This document shows positions 39,327-48,625 of a stretch of DNA of 64,000 nucleotides, piece after piece (the stretch's first letter is position 1; each line of letters starts with the position of its first letter). The position numbers were made by a program, and so were the translations under genes. The stretch covers positions 10,320 to 74,319 of the forward strand of contig DASUVG010000191.1 of assembly GCA_036379135.1 (NCBI GenBank). The letters run 5' to 3'. Origin of the DNA: Longimicrobium sp. GTDB taxonomy: Bacteria; Gemmatimonadota; Gemmatimonadetes; Longimicrobiales; Longimicrobiaceae. The notes under the pieces are model-generated. The model was not told where the DNA came from and searched no databases. It saw only the letters and a program-made list of their open reading frames with translations.

Positions 39327-39580
39327 CGGGTCTCCCATACCAGTCCGTACAGCAGCAGGGCTACGCCCGCCAGCGCGGGAAGGGAGCGCCAGAGCGAAAG
39401 GTCCAGCGTGGGCACCACGCGCTTGTCGATCAGCAGCAGCACGTTGTTGGCGGCCAGGCCGGCAAAGCACAGCCCCGACCACAGCAGCAGCCGCACGCGG
39501 CTGGCAAAGTAGCCGCGCAGCAGCAGCACCGCGCACGCCAGGCTGGTCAGGGCACACAGGGAGTAGACGAGCGTCGCCAT
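39323..39580 (-). CDS. small 3-TM membrane protein (DUF5985-like)
   Basis: YSLCALTSLACAVLLLRGY...RLLLWSGLCF...LLYGLVWE. Confidence 0.8.
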   Translation of the reverse strand: MATLVYSLCALTSLACAVLLLRGYFASRVRLLLWSGLCFAGLAANNVLLLIDKRVVPTLDLSLWRSLPALAGVALLLYGLVWETR

Positions 39581-39966
39581 CAGTCCTTCCTGAGCTTGAA
39601 GGCGTCCGCGAAGCTGCGGAGCGGGTCCGGGGGCTTGTTGTAGATCAGGTTGATGACGGCCACGCGGCCGGCGCGGTACGCCTCCGCCAGCGCGTCCACC
39701 TGCGCGGCCTGCGCGGGGCGGGAGGGCGCGTAGCGGTACGCGGGGTCCGCCGCGCCGCTGGACGAGGCCAGCCCCATCTGCACCAGCTGCTCCAGGCGGC
39801 GCGTGGCCCCGGCGGGAACGGTGTAGATGGACCGCGCCACCGCTTCCGGCGACCACTCGCGCGCGGGGTCGGAGTGCACCAGCAGCAGCGTCTCCAGCAG
39901 CTCCGCGGAGTCGATGTGCTGCGCGACGAAGCTTCGAACGGCGTCGGGGATCTGCGTCTGGCTCAT
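39580..39966 (-). CDS. hypothetical winged-helix-like protein
   Basis: FVAQHIDSAELLETLLL...WSPEAVAR...LEQL..MGL; TGATG coupling to the next gene. Confidence 0.7.
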   Translation of the reverse strand: MSQTQIPDAVRSFVAQHIDSAELLETLLLVHSDPAREWSPEAVARSIYTVPAGATRRLEQLVQMGLASSSGAADPAYRYAPSRPAQAAQVDALAEAYRAGRVAVINLIYNKPPDPLRSFADAFKLRKD

Positions 39967-40195
39967 CCGCTCCCAAGGTTCGCGGCGTGTCCGCCGCCGG
40001 CGGCAGGAGGCGGACCCTGCCAGTATACGGGCTCCCCCATCCTCACGCCATCCGGCGGGCGGGCGCACTGGCGCGGCCGGGGGCGGGACGCTCTTATCTC
40101 ACGCCGGGGGGACGCACCGGCAGGGAAGGGAGGGGACGCGCGACGGCCGGCGATCCGCGGGGGCATCGCCGGCCGTATGCGGGATGGCAGCGCGG

Positions 40196-40429
40196 CTACG
40201 AGTTGGACGTCAGGCGCTTGGCCAGGAGCGACTTGGAGCGCTCTGCGCGGCGCGTGTTCTCTTCCTTCACCTCGCGAAAGAACTGCGCCAGGTCGCGGTC
40301 GCCGGACTCTTCGGCGTCGCGGATGTACTGGTCGTGCGTCTCGGCCGCCTGCAGGGCGTGATAGAGGATGCTGACGAGGTTGTAGGTGACGTCCCCGGTG
40401 CCGGTGTTGCCCTGGCTGGTGTCGCTCAT
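40196..40429 (-). CDS. small ferritin-like/helical stress protein
   Basis: YNLVSILYHALQAAET..QYIRDAE..GD..LAQFF. Confidence 0.75.
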   Translation of the reverse strand: MSDTSQGNTGTGDVTYNLVSILYHALQAAETHDQYIRDAEESGDRDLAQFFREVKEENTRRAERSKSLLAKRLTSNS

Positions 40430-40524
40430 GGAGCCGGTCTCCGTTGCTGGAAGGTTCGCATCTGTAGCGCGCGGCCCAGCCGTCGCAAGAGCGGGACCGC
40501 ACATGTGGGAGTGCCTGGTGACTG

Positions 40525-40668
40525 GTGCCGAGTGCCGAGTGCCTAGTGCCTAGTGCCTAGTGCCTAGTGCCTAGTGCCCAGTGCCCAGTGCCCAGTGCCC
40601 AGTGCCCAGTGCCCAGTGCCCAGTGCCCAGTGCCCAGTGCCCAGTGCCCAGTGCCCAGTGCCTAGTGC
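40525..40668. repeat. tandem heptamer array (AGTGCCN) x~20
   Basis: blocks of AGTGCCG, AGTGCCT and AGTGCCC. Confidence 0.97.
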
Positions 40669-40700
40669 TTGGTGCCTCACTCGCCACCAGGCAGATGCCC

Positions 40701-40889
40701 GGTACTCGGCACTCGGTACTCGGTACTCGGTACTCGGCACTCGGCACTCGGTACTCGGCACTCGGCACTCGGTACTCGGTACTCGGCACTCGGTACTCGG
40801 TACTCGGTACTCGGTACTCGGTACTCGGTACTCGGTACTCGGTACTCGGTACTCGGTACTCGGTACTCGGTACTCGGTACTCGGTACTC
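40701..40889. repeat. tandem heptamer array (GGYACTC) x27
   Basis: approximate reverse complement of the left array. Confidence 0.97.
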
Positions 40890-40923
40890 GGCCCTCGAAA
40901 CCTTCCCTCGCCGGAGCCATCGC

Positions 40924-41196
40924 ATGCTGTACATGATCGTCGAAACCTTTCGCGGCGGGGACGCGGTGCCCGTCTACCGGCGCTTTCGCGACCGCGGCCG
41001 CCTGGCGCCCGACGGGCTGCGCTACGTGGCCAGCTGGGTGACGGACGACCTGCGCCGCTGCTTTCAGGTGATGGAGTGCGACGACGCCGCGCTGCTGCGG
41101 GAGTGGATGGCCGCCTGGGACGACATCGTGGATTTCGAGGTCGTCCCCGTCATCCCCTCCGCCGATGCCGCCGCCGCCATCGCCCCGCGCCTGTGA
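40924..41196 (+). CDS. DUF3303-like small protein
   Basis: GGAG RBS; MLYMIVETF...RGRLAPDGL.YVASW...W.DIVDFEVVPV. Confidence 0.8.
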   Translation: MLYMIVETFRGGDAVPVYRRFRDRGRLAPDGLRYVASWVTDDLRRCFQVMECDDAALLREWMAAWDDIVDFEVVPVIPSADAAAAIAPRL

Positions 41197-41718
41197 TGCC
41201 CTGTGATGAGGGGAGGGATGGGGCCGCCCCGCGACGAGTCCCGGCCGCCGGGATCGGCGGCCGCGTCATAATCCGGCATCCGCCGGACGTTGCATCTGCG
41301 AACGGACCCGCCGCGGGTACGGGTCCGCCAGAGGTTCTGCGCAGTCCCGTGCGGGCGCTTCGCCATCCAGCGAATGCCGTTCGCGTCGCCGGCAGTCGTC
41401 GGGCTCGCCACCCGCGGCTGCCGCGCGTCGTTTCCGCTCCGTTCCGCCCCCCGCCGTCAGCGCCGCATCTCCCGGGAGGTGAGGCGGCCGGCACTGTCCC
41501 GGGCGGTTGAAACCGCGGCTAGAACATCACAAAGTCCACATTCGTGGACTCGGCGGCCCGGCCGTGTGCGGCGTCCCGTGCACCAGCGCGTCCGCAACCG
41601 GGTTGGTTCACGGTGAGGCAAAAGACGGAGCGGTGCCTTCCCCAGGAAGACACCGCTCCGTTTCGTTCTGAATCCCGGATATCCGTCCGACGTGATCCTC
41701 GCGCGAAGCCAGCGGGAC

Positions 41719-41756
41719 CGGCACGAGAAAACTCCGCTAACTCCGTTGACTCCGTG
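41719..41756 (+). repeat. family E repeat copy 3 (degenerate)
   Basis: CGGCACGAGAAAACTCCGCTAACTCCGTTGACTCCGTG. Confidence 0.75.
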
Positions 41757-41850
41757 GCACCGCTGCCACCGCTCCCAACATCGGCCGATGAGCGATCGCC
41801 GTCCTGAGGCCTTCACCTGCTTTCCCCAGGTTGACGTCGCCTATGCCAGC

Positions 41851-41905
41851 CCATTGACACTATGTCAATCCAGTGACATACTGTGAATGTCACTGCACTG
41901 GCATA
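41851..41905 (+). promoter_or_regulatory. promoter/operator block with TGTCA-N6-TG(A/G)CA x2 overlapping TTGACA-17-CATACT
   Basis: 39/55 gapless identity to 45881-45935 (minus strand). Confidence 0.75.
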
Positions 41906-41947
41906 GCGATCTGCGCTGCCGCCTTCACCACAAGCCGGGGATTGCCA

Positions 41948-43741
41948 ATGTCGCCGCTCACGCAACGAAACACGGAACGCACGACCGCCCAGCGTCAGAC
42001 GTCGACCGGGCGCCGGAGGACCTGGATCTACGGTGTGGTGTCGGCCCTCCTCCTGTGGTCGCACACGGTGGCAGGTGCACAGGGCTACGATCCAGCGGTC
42101 CAGTCCCCCCTGAACCTCCTCACGTCGCCGCCGGATCCTGTCGCGTATTTCGACGCAAGGCAGAGGGCGCGCGCACTGCTGGGGGAGGGAAAGCTCGCGG
42201 AGGCCGAGTCGCTGATAGAGCAGATCACGCGTGAGTATCCGCGCGACGGCGAGAACTGGCTGGCGCTCGGATACGTCCGGAGGGCGCTCAACAAGTTTTC
42301 TGAGGCAGCCACTGCATACGAGAAAGCGGGCGAGCTGCTCGGGTGGGGTGGGGGTAATGCCGGCGTGGGGGCTGCGATCTCACACCTCCACGCTGGAAAC
42401 AGGCGCGCTGCCCTGGATCGTCTTCGCCACTATACGGTGGCGGAAGGGAGACTGGCTACAGGCTGGATCTACGACGAGGACGACTTCGTCACGCTGAGGT
42501 CCGATCCTGAATTCCTCGAGATCGCCGGCCGGCGCGACACCTCGGGTTGGTCACGGGATTATGGCTGGCGGCGCGACCTGGATTTCCTTCGCGACGAAGT
42601 GAGGCGCCTGAATGCCGAGTATCGCAACCATCCCCTGCCGCCGGAGTTCGAACGCCGCTACGAAGCGCTCAGGGAAAAGGTCCCGCAGCTGTCGGACGAG
42701 CAGATCTTTGTCGGCATGAATGGCATGCTCGCGGTCCTGAACCAGGGGCACACCTCGGTGTGGGCGTTGAGCGACTCCCGCGTGGTGAACAGAGGACTCC
42801 CATTCCAGCTCTGGGCGTTTCCGGAAGGAATATTCGTCGTCGGCGCCCGGGAGCAGCATGAGGACCTGATCGGTTCCCGCCTCGTCAGCATCGAAGGCGT
42901 GTCGGCAGAAGAAGCGCTGCGCAGGGTGAACCAGAACCAGAGTGTGGACGGGGACAACGGGTACCTGTTCCACGGCATTCAGCTACTGCGCGAGGCTCCC
43001 TACCTGGTAGGGCTCGGCATTGCACGATCCGCGGACTCGATCGAGGTCACGGTTCAACAGCCCGGCCGGCCCCAACAGACCATCACGGTAGAAACGATTT
43101 CCTGGCGGGCTCCTGAAAGACTTCGTCCGCTGCAGGGGATCGAGACGCCGCTGCACCTGCGGGACCTGCGGTTTCACTGGCATCAGGCGCTGCCCGAGCA
43201 CGACGCCGTGTACGTGCAGTTGAACAATCTGCAGGACGAGAGGGACGAAACGCTGGAGCAGTACGCGCTGCGGCTGCGGAGCCTCCTTGCAGCATCGCCG
43301 CCGAAGAACATCATCCTCGACATGCGACACAATGACGGCGGATCGACGCATCTGTATCCGGAGCTCCTGCGCACGATGATCGCCTTCAGCATGCTGCCGG
43401 ACCGCCGTCTCTACGTCGTGATCGGCCGCAATACCTACTCGGCTGCAGGCAACCTGATCACGGAGCTCGAACAGCTCGCCGATGCGATCTTCGTAGGTGA
43501 GGCGAGCAGCCAATGCTGCACTCTGTACGCCAGCCCTTCCGAATTCACACTACCGTTCAGCGGTCTCGAGGGAAGCGTGTCCACCAGGCGGTCGACCCTG
43601 AGCCACAAGGTCGACGATTTCCGCCGCGAGCTGCACCCGCACGCACCCGTGCTCATCACGGCGAGGGACTACTTCTCCGGACGCGATCCCGTGATGGAGA
43701 CGGTGGTTCGCCTGATCGAGCGGGAGAAGGCCCGCAGATAG
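41948..43741 (+). CDS. secreted TPR + S41-like peptidase domain protein
   Basis: signal peptide, TPR helices, QGHT, PDZ-like segment, IILDMRHNDGG, GRNTYSAA, FVGE. Confidence 0.75.
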   Translation: MSPLTQRNTERTTAQRQTSTGRRRTWIYGVVSALLLWSHTVAGAQGYDPAVQSPLNLLTSPPDPVAYFDARQRARALLGEGKLAEAESLIEQITREYPRDGENWLALGYVRRALNKFSEAATAYEKAGELLGWGGGNAGVGAAISHLHAGNRRAALDRLRHYTVAEGRLATGWIYDEDDFVTLRSDPEFLEIAGRRDTSGWSRDYGWRRDLDFLRDEVRRLNAEYRNHPLPPEFERRYEALREKVPQLSDEQIFVGMNGMLAVLNQGHTSVWALSDSRVVNRGLPFQLWAFPEGIFVVGAREQHEDLIGSRLVSIEGVSAEEALRRVNQNQSVDGDNGYLFHGIQLLREAPYLVGLGIARSADSIEVTVQQPGRPQQTITVETISWRAPERLRPLQGIETPLHLRDLRFHWHQALPEHDAVYVQLNNLQDERDETLEQYALRLRSLLAASPPKNIILDMRHNDGGSTHLYPELLRTMIAFSMLPDRRLYVVIGRNTYSAAGNLITELEQLADAIFVGEASSQCCTLYASPSEFTLPFSGLEGSVSTRRSTLSHKVDDFRRELHPHAPVLITARDYFSGRDPVMETVVRLIEREKARR

Positions 43742-43751
43742 CGAACCGACT

Positions 43752-45452
43752 CTACGAGGACTTCTCCATCAGCCTTGCGAGGGTGCTGTCACTCACGGCC
43801 ATCTCCACCCGGGCGTTTTCCCCGAACCGCAGGTGCCGTGCGGCTGGCCGCCCCTCGATTACCTCCAGGGGTGCCTGGAGGAGCACCTGCAGCAGGTTCG
43901 CGTACGGCTCAGCAAGCGATTGCGTCATGGTCGGAGTTCCATCCAGCGTCACAGGTATGCGTACGGAGCCACCGGGGATCTCTCGTCCGTACTTCTCCCG
44001 GATCTGCTTGGCGAGCTCGATCGCCGTCCGGAGGTGCAGGGGATGTGCGACCTGGTCGTTGACGAGGACGAGGTTCTCATCCCTGCTCAACACGAGCTGA
44101 ACGGGAGCGCTCCTCGGCAACGTGAGGTCCGCTCGCAGGAGGATCTCCACGTTCCCACCGAGCCCATGCGCCCGGACAACGTCGTTCCGGGCAGGTACGA
44201 CGGCATGTTCGAGACCCGATGTGGCGACCGATGCAGCCGCGGTGTCCGCAAGCGTACTCGTGGCTGCGGCGGTCGGCAGGGTGCCCACGCGAGCAGGCTC
44301 CGGCGGCGGTGTCGTTCGAAAAGGGGCAGGGCTCACCGCCGCTCGTACGGCGCCGCTCTTCCCGGGCGCGGTGTCGTCAGCGACACGAAGCGTGGCGCGT
44401 GGCACCGGATGGAACGCCGACGCCGCCATCGCGAGCGTCAGCGGCAACGCGATCGCGATGACCTGTGCCCGGCGCGTTGGCGTCGCTCGTGAGCGAGACG
44501 CATGCAGCACGGCGAGCAGGCGACCTTCGAGCTGTGACCTGCGCGCCATCCCGACCGAGAGCAGCCCCGGGGATCCCATCTCGCGCGCGCCGCGCGCGAC
44601 GTCGAGCAGGTGAGATGCGTACTCCCATGGCTGCGTCCCGAGCGCGACGACGCGTTCATCACATGCAATCTCGCACTCGGCGCGCAGGCGCTTCGCGGCA
44701 ACCAGCGCGAGCGGGTGGAACCAGTATCCCGCGCACGCGATCGCGGCAAGCGACTGCGCCAGCGAATCGGCACGAGCGACGTGTGCCAGCTCGTGACGCA
44801 GCACGATGCGCCGGCGCTCGGTGGACCACTCCAGCGCATCCTCCGGAAGCAGCACGACGGGTTCGCGCGCCCCCCATGTGAAGGGCGTGGCGGCGGCGGG
44901 ACTCACGAGCAGCCGCACCCGCCCGGAGACACCGGCCAGCAGCTTCTCCTCCTCGAGGAGCCGGTTCCACGGCGCGTCGTCCGGTGCCCATCCCCGCGCC
45001 GCGATCGCGCGCAGCCTCGATCGCCCGATGAGCAGGCGGGCGAGCAACAGGAGAGTCCCGAGCGGCCAGATCGCGAGCAACAGCAATCTCATGATCGGCC
45101 GATCGCGATCGCTTCCGTCGCCAACCGGGGCCTCTGACGGGCTTCCCGCCTCGGGAACACGGGTCCCGGACCCGCCGTGACCGGCGAGATGCGATGCCTT
45201 CCAGCCACTGCGCGCCTCACCCGGCGTCACCTGTCCAATCGATGGAAGGATGGCGGCATTCCACCGCGGCACGGTAATGGCCAGCAGTGGCAGCACGAGT
45301 GCTCCGCACAGCGAGGCCAGCAGGATGCTGTGACGCAGCGCCGGGTCCACCCGGCGCATGCTCCCGAGCAGCAGTCCGCAGGTGAGTACCAGCGAGACCT
45401 TCGCCAGCAGCTCGACGATCGGGTACAGCGGCGCCTGAAACAGGGCGCTCAT
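43752..45452 (-). CDS. BlaR1/MecR1-like M56 metallopeptidase sensor
   Basis: TM helices, PFTWG..PVVLLP, HELAH, WFHPL, EIACDERV; C-terminal domain is not PBP-like. Confidence 0.9.
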   Translation of the reverse strand: MSALFQAPLYPIVELLAKVSLVLTCGLLLGSMRRVDPALRHSILLASLCGALVLPLLAITVPRWNAAILPSIGQVTPGEARSGWKASHLAGHGGSGTRVPEAGSPSEAPVGDGSDRDRPIMRLLLLAIWPLGTLLLLARLLIGRSRLRAIAARGWAPDDAPWNRLLEEEKLLAGVSGRVRLLVSPAAATPFTWGAREPVVLLPEDALEWSTERRRIVLRHELAHVARADSLAQSLAAIACAGYWFHPLALVAAKRLRAECEIACDERVVALGTQPWEYASHLLDVARGAREMGSPGLLSVGMARRSQLEGRLLAVLHASRSRATPTRRAQVIAIALPLTLAMAASAFHPVPRATLRVADDTAPGKSGAVRAAVSPAPFRTTPPPEPARVGTLPTAAATSTLADTAAASVATSGLEHAVVPARNDVVRAHGLGGNVEILLRADLTLPRSAPVQLVLSRDENLVLVNDQVAHPLHLRTAIELAKQIREKYGREIPGGSVRIPVTLDGTPTMTQSLAEPYANLLQVLLQAPLEVIEGRPAARHLRFGENARVEMAVSDSTLARLMEKSS

Positions 45453-45844
45453 GATACGCCCCGCTTTTCGCGTAGCCGGTCGAGCATCGACTGAAGCTTC
45501 TGGAACTCCTCTTCGTCCAGGTCCTTCTCGTAGATGCCGATCATGGCGGCGACCGCGGTGCTTGCCGAGCCGTCGAAGAACGTGCTCACCAGGTGCTTCA
45601 GCGCGGAGTGGCCCACGCGGCGGCGGTCATCCGTTGGGAAGTAGACGTAGCGCGGACCGTCCTCCTCATGCCGGAGGTAGCCCTTCTCCTCCAGGAGGCG
45701 GAGCATGCCGCGCACGGCGGTATACGTCGGCGGATCCGGCAGATCACCATGAACCTCGGCAGCGGTCGCGCGGCCGTGCTTGTGGATGATCTCCATGATC
45801 TGTCGTTCGCGACGTGCGAGCTCGTGGAGCGATTTCCCGGTCAT
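45449..45844 (-). CDS. BlaI/MecI/CopY family repressor
   Basis: LARRERQIMEI, YTAVRGMLRLLEEKG, GPRYVY, FFDGS; ATGA overlap with the M56 gene. Confidence 0.93.
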   Translation of the reverse strand: MTGKSLHELARRERQIMEIIHKHGRATAAEVHGDLPDPPTYTAVRGMLRLLEEKGYLRHEEDGPRYVYFPTDDRRRVGHSALKHLVSTFFDGSASTAVAAMIGIYEKDLDEEEFQKLQSMLDRLREKRGVS

Positions 45845-45880
45845 GCGGATCTCCGATGGGGGCGAGATGGCCACCCCCGG

Positions 45881-45935
45881 TATGTCAATCGAATGGCATC
45901 CGCAATGTGTCAGTGTGCTGACAACGTGTCAATGG
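45881..45935 (-). promoter_or_regulatory. BlaI promoter/operator block
   Basis: CCATTGACACGTTGTCAGCACACTGACA...TGCCATTCGATTGACATA on the minus strand. Confidence 0.75.
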
Positions 45936-46202
45936 ACCACGCATGGACCGTCACCTCTACCATCACCGACCACAATACCTGAGAGCCCTGCTCAGTGAAA
46001 ACGATGGGCGCATCGGGTCGAAGTGGGGCATCGCAACCTGTTGCGGGGTCCTCCCGTCTCATCCGATGCAGCACAGGTACGATGTGGCAGTGAGGCGCCC
46101 GAGGGAGAGCGCCGCGTAGAGCTTCGCAGCGACGGGTGACGTGCTATCGCGAGATGACAGTGCGAAGGCGCGCATCGGCGCGTACGTGGTAACTATATAG
46201 CC

Positions 46203-46300
46203 GCCTAACGCCCCAGTTCAGCTTCGGAGCGGCCCACGCGGAGCTCTGGCCGCCGGCTCGTAGGCTGGGCCGCTCCGTCAGCTGCAACAGTTCGTTAGGC
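46203..46300 (-). other. attC site, canonical geometry
   Basis: GCCTAAC-GAACT-GTTGCAGC...GCTGAAC-TGGGGC-GTTAGGC, with internal stem GGAGCGGCCCA/TGGGCCGCTCC. Confidence 0.9.
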
Positions 46301-46387
46301 TACCGCGACACGGACAGAGGTTGACACGATTGCACGTGGCCTGAGGTGATGGCGCCTTCGCACAATCCGTGACTACCGGCCGTAGGA

Positions 46388-46960
46388 CTAGCGCGTCAAG
46401 ACATCGGAGACATCCTCAAGTATCTTCCCGACGTCGAGCGAGACACCAAAGATCTGGGGTTTGATCTCGAAGTACTTCGCGATGCGTCCAGCCTTTGCAG
46501 CTCCCTTTGCCCCGGCTTTCAACGTCACTCGCTTCAGGAACTGGAACACGTCTTCTTGTGCTCGAGAGAGGGTAGCGAGTTTGTGGAAGAGTCGCGGGAG
46601 GTCCTGAGCGTAAGTCGACAGCTCGGAAAACCAGACGACCGCCCATCGATCATGGGAAGGGTCGAAGGCTGCGAAGTCCCGGTCGATTATCAACATGCAT
46701 GGGTCGACATCGTTGCTCAGGCGATCACGAAACTCGGGCGGCCAGTTCTTACTACGAATTTCCTCATACGTCTGGTACTCGCTGGCCTTGTATGCTTGCA
46801 GGACGAGGCCAGACGTCCGGAGATCTGCGCCGAAGGCGTCTAGCTGCTTCGCCATCTCCTCCTTCAGCTGAGTGGCGTAGTCGTTCCAGCCGATGATGAC
46901 GAAGAGGTATCGGTATTCACCGAGCTTCACGGGGGCGAAAAGCGATACCTTGGCGCTCAT
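46388..46960 (-). CDS. cassette hypothetical protein (190 aa)
   Basis: AGGAG RBS; non-host codon usage. Confidence 0.8.
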   Translation of the reverse strand: MSAKVSLFAPVKLGEYRYLFVIIGWNDYATQLKEEMAKQLDAFGADLRTSGLVLQAYKASEYQTYEEIRSKNWPPEFRDRLSNDVDPCMLIIDRDFAAFDPSHDRWAVVWFSELSTYAQDLPRLFHKLATLSRAQEDVFQFLKRVTLKAGAKGAAKAGRIAKYFEIKPQIFGVSLDVGKILEDVSDVLTR

Positions 46961-46992
46961 AGCATGTCTCCTGATCGATGGACTCTGTTGCG

Positions 46993-47092
46993 GCCTACTG
47001 ACACAAGGGTCAGGGGTGCGGGGCCGGCGCGCAAGACTCGCCTTCGCCCCAAAGCATGCGAGGCGCCGCATCCCCTGCGGCCGATGTCAGGC
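46993..47092 (-). other. resident-family attC, degenerate cores
   Basis: GCCTGAC..GCAGGGGATGCGG...GGCCCCGCACCCCTGACCCTTGTGTC-AGTAGGC. Confidence 0.8.
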
Positions 47093-47132
47093 CGCGGGCG
47101 GTGCGGTAGGGTAGCCGGGCGGCACGTGGGGG

Positions 47133-48275
47133 CTAGTGCGGCGGGGATGAGCTCGTTGCCTGCCGGCGCAGGCGACGCCGCCGCTCGGCCGCAGTCTCCT
47201 GGGGAAAGACGAGAATGAGCGGCAGCTCCACCCACTCGGGAACGGGGATGCCTTCCAGCTCGCCCGGCGAGAAGCGGACCGCGGACGCTACGTTCAGCGC
47301 GACGGAGTCGACTGCCGGAACGCCCGACGACCGCACGACCGAGGCGGAGGTGGCCGTGCTGTCCAGGTTGGCAATCATCTTCACGTGGACCGTGAACTGT
47401 CGGCCGAACAGCAGGGTATCGCGCTGCCGCAGCTGGCGCATGGAGCGGTGCAACTGGTTGGAGACGCGGGTCTGGTTGGCGAGCCGCGCCTGCCGGCCGA
47501 CGAACACCCGCGGCGTCAGCGACGCGTCGGGTCCAGTGTTCACGACCACCGTCACGTTAAAAGGCTGGTATGGCGGCCCCACCCGCAGCGCGGGCTGCAG
47601 CGCGTCACGCACCCGCGCGGCGAACGTCGAATCGACCAGAAGTGGGAAGGCCGCCCGAACGGTGTCGGGCCTGCCGGCGCTGTCGAAGTGAATGTAGAAG
47701 GCGCGCGCCCGACGCGCGGTGTCCGGCGGCGGGGGCAGCCTGCTGAGCGCCGCAATCGCTGCAGAATCCAGCAGCCGCTCGACCGGGTGCGAGTCGCCCG
47801 GCATTTCGGCCGGCTCCACCTGGTCGTAACACGTCTGCGCGATGTGCTGCACCTGTGGCTGCCCGCGGGCGTGCTCCAGCGCGCGACTCAGCGGCCCAGT
47901 CGTCCCATCGCCAGGGATGCGCACTTCGTAAACTGAGCCCCTGTAGACGTGGCCTCCCTCCAGAACGCCGATGGAGTCGATGATCGCTTGCTTTTCCGCC
48001 CGCGCGACGCCGGGTCTGAAACGCAGGTAGACTGCATCTGCGATGCAGACCCTACCCCGCGTCCGCGACGTGATCTCCCGATGACGTTTGATCAGATACC
48101 ACTCGTTGGGGAAGGTGTCTGGGACAGGCCCCCGACACCCTGGCATGGCGGGATCAAGCGTGCAGAGCGCCTCACGTGTTGCGGCGAACTGCGGTGCGGG
48201 CGTGGGTTGTGCCGCCGCGTCCCCGGAGCGGACACATGCCGCGGCGAGCAAGCTGAGCAGGATTCCAATTCGCAT
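47133..48275 (-). CDS. cassette lipoprotein with C-terminal TonB-C-like domain
   Basis: lipobox LAAAC; VVRSSG...DSVAL......RFSPG...G.PV..WVELPL.F. Confidence 0.75.
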   Translation of the reverse strand: MRIGILLSLLAAACVRSGDAAAQPTPAPQFAATREALCTLDPAMPGCRGPVPDTFPNEWYLIKRHREITSRTRGRVCIADAVYLRFRPGVARAEKQAIIDSIGVLEGGHVYRGSVYEVRIPGDGTTGPLSRALEHARGQPQVQHIAQTCYDQVEPAEMPGDSHPVERLLDSAAIAALSRLPPPPDTARRARAFYIHFDSAGRPDTVRAAFPLLVDSTFAARVRDALQPALRVGPPYQPFNVTVVVNTGPDASLTPRVFVGRQARLANQTRVSNQLHRSMRQLRQRDTLLFGRQFTVHVKMIANLDSTATSASVVRSSGVPAVDSVALNVASAVRFSPGELEGIPVPEWVELPLILVFPQETAAERRRRLRRQATSSSPPH

Positions 48276-48485
48276 TTTCCTGCGAGAGCAGGCGAAACCA
48301 TGATATTCGCTGGACTCAGGGCCGATAATCACCCCCGTCGCCAACTCGGCGTGTCGCCGTATGTTGCTGCCACATCAGGAGCCTGGCAAGGAGGCGTCGT
48401 TCAGGCGGAAGCCGGGGAGCTGTCAGCGGCCGATGCGCCCGGGGAAAGTGGCTGGTCCTTCGTGAGCGGGAGAGGGGAAAGAGCC

Positions 48486-48582
48486 GCCGAACGACACAAG
48501 GGAGGGTGTGGGGCCGGCGCGCAAGACTTTCGTCCGGCCGAAAACATGCCGGCCCCGCATCCCCTGCAGCCGATTGTTAGGC
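48486..48582 (-). other. resident-family attC
   Basis: GCCTAACAATCGGCTGCAGGGGATGCGGGGCC...CCCTTGTGTCGTTCGGC; L' box eroded. Confidence 0.82.
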
Positions 48583-48625
48583 CGCGCGGTGCATCCGGGT
48601 TGGGCACCGGCGGCTGAGCACTGCA

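Noticed and set aside
40564..40936. ORFs made of VPSTEYR / ALGTGHW / YSVLGTR repeats
   Set aside because: Translations of the heptamer arrays; the real gene starts at 40924 with its own RBS
46321..46350. TTGACA as an antisense promoter in the last cassette
   Set aside because: No acceptable -10 at 16-18 nt spacing
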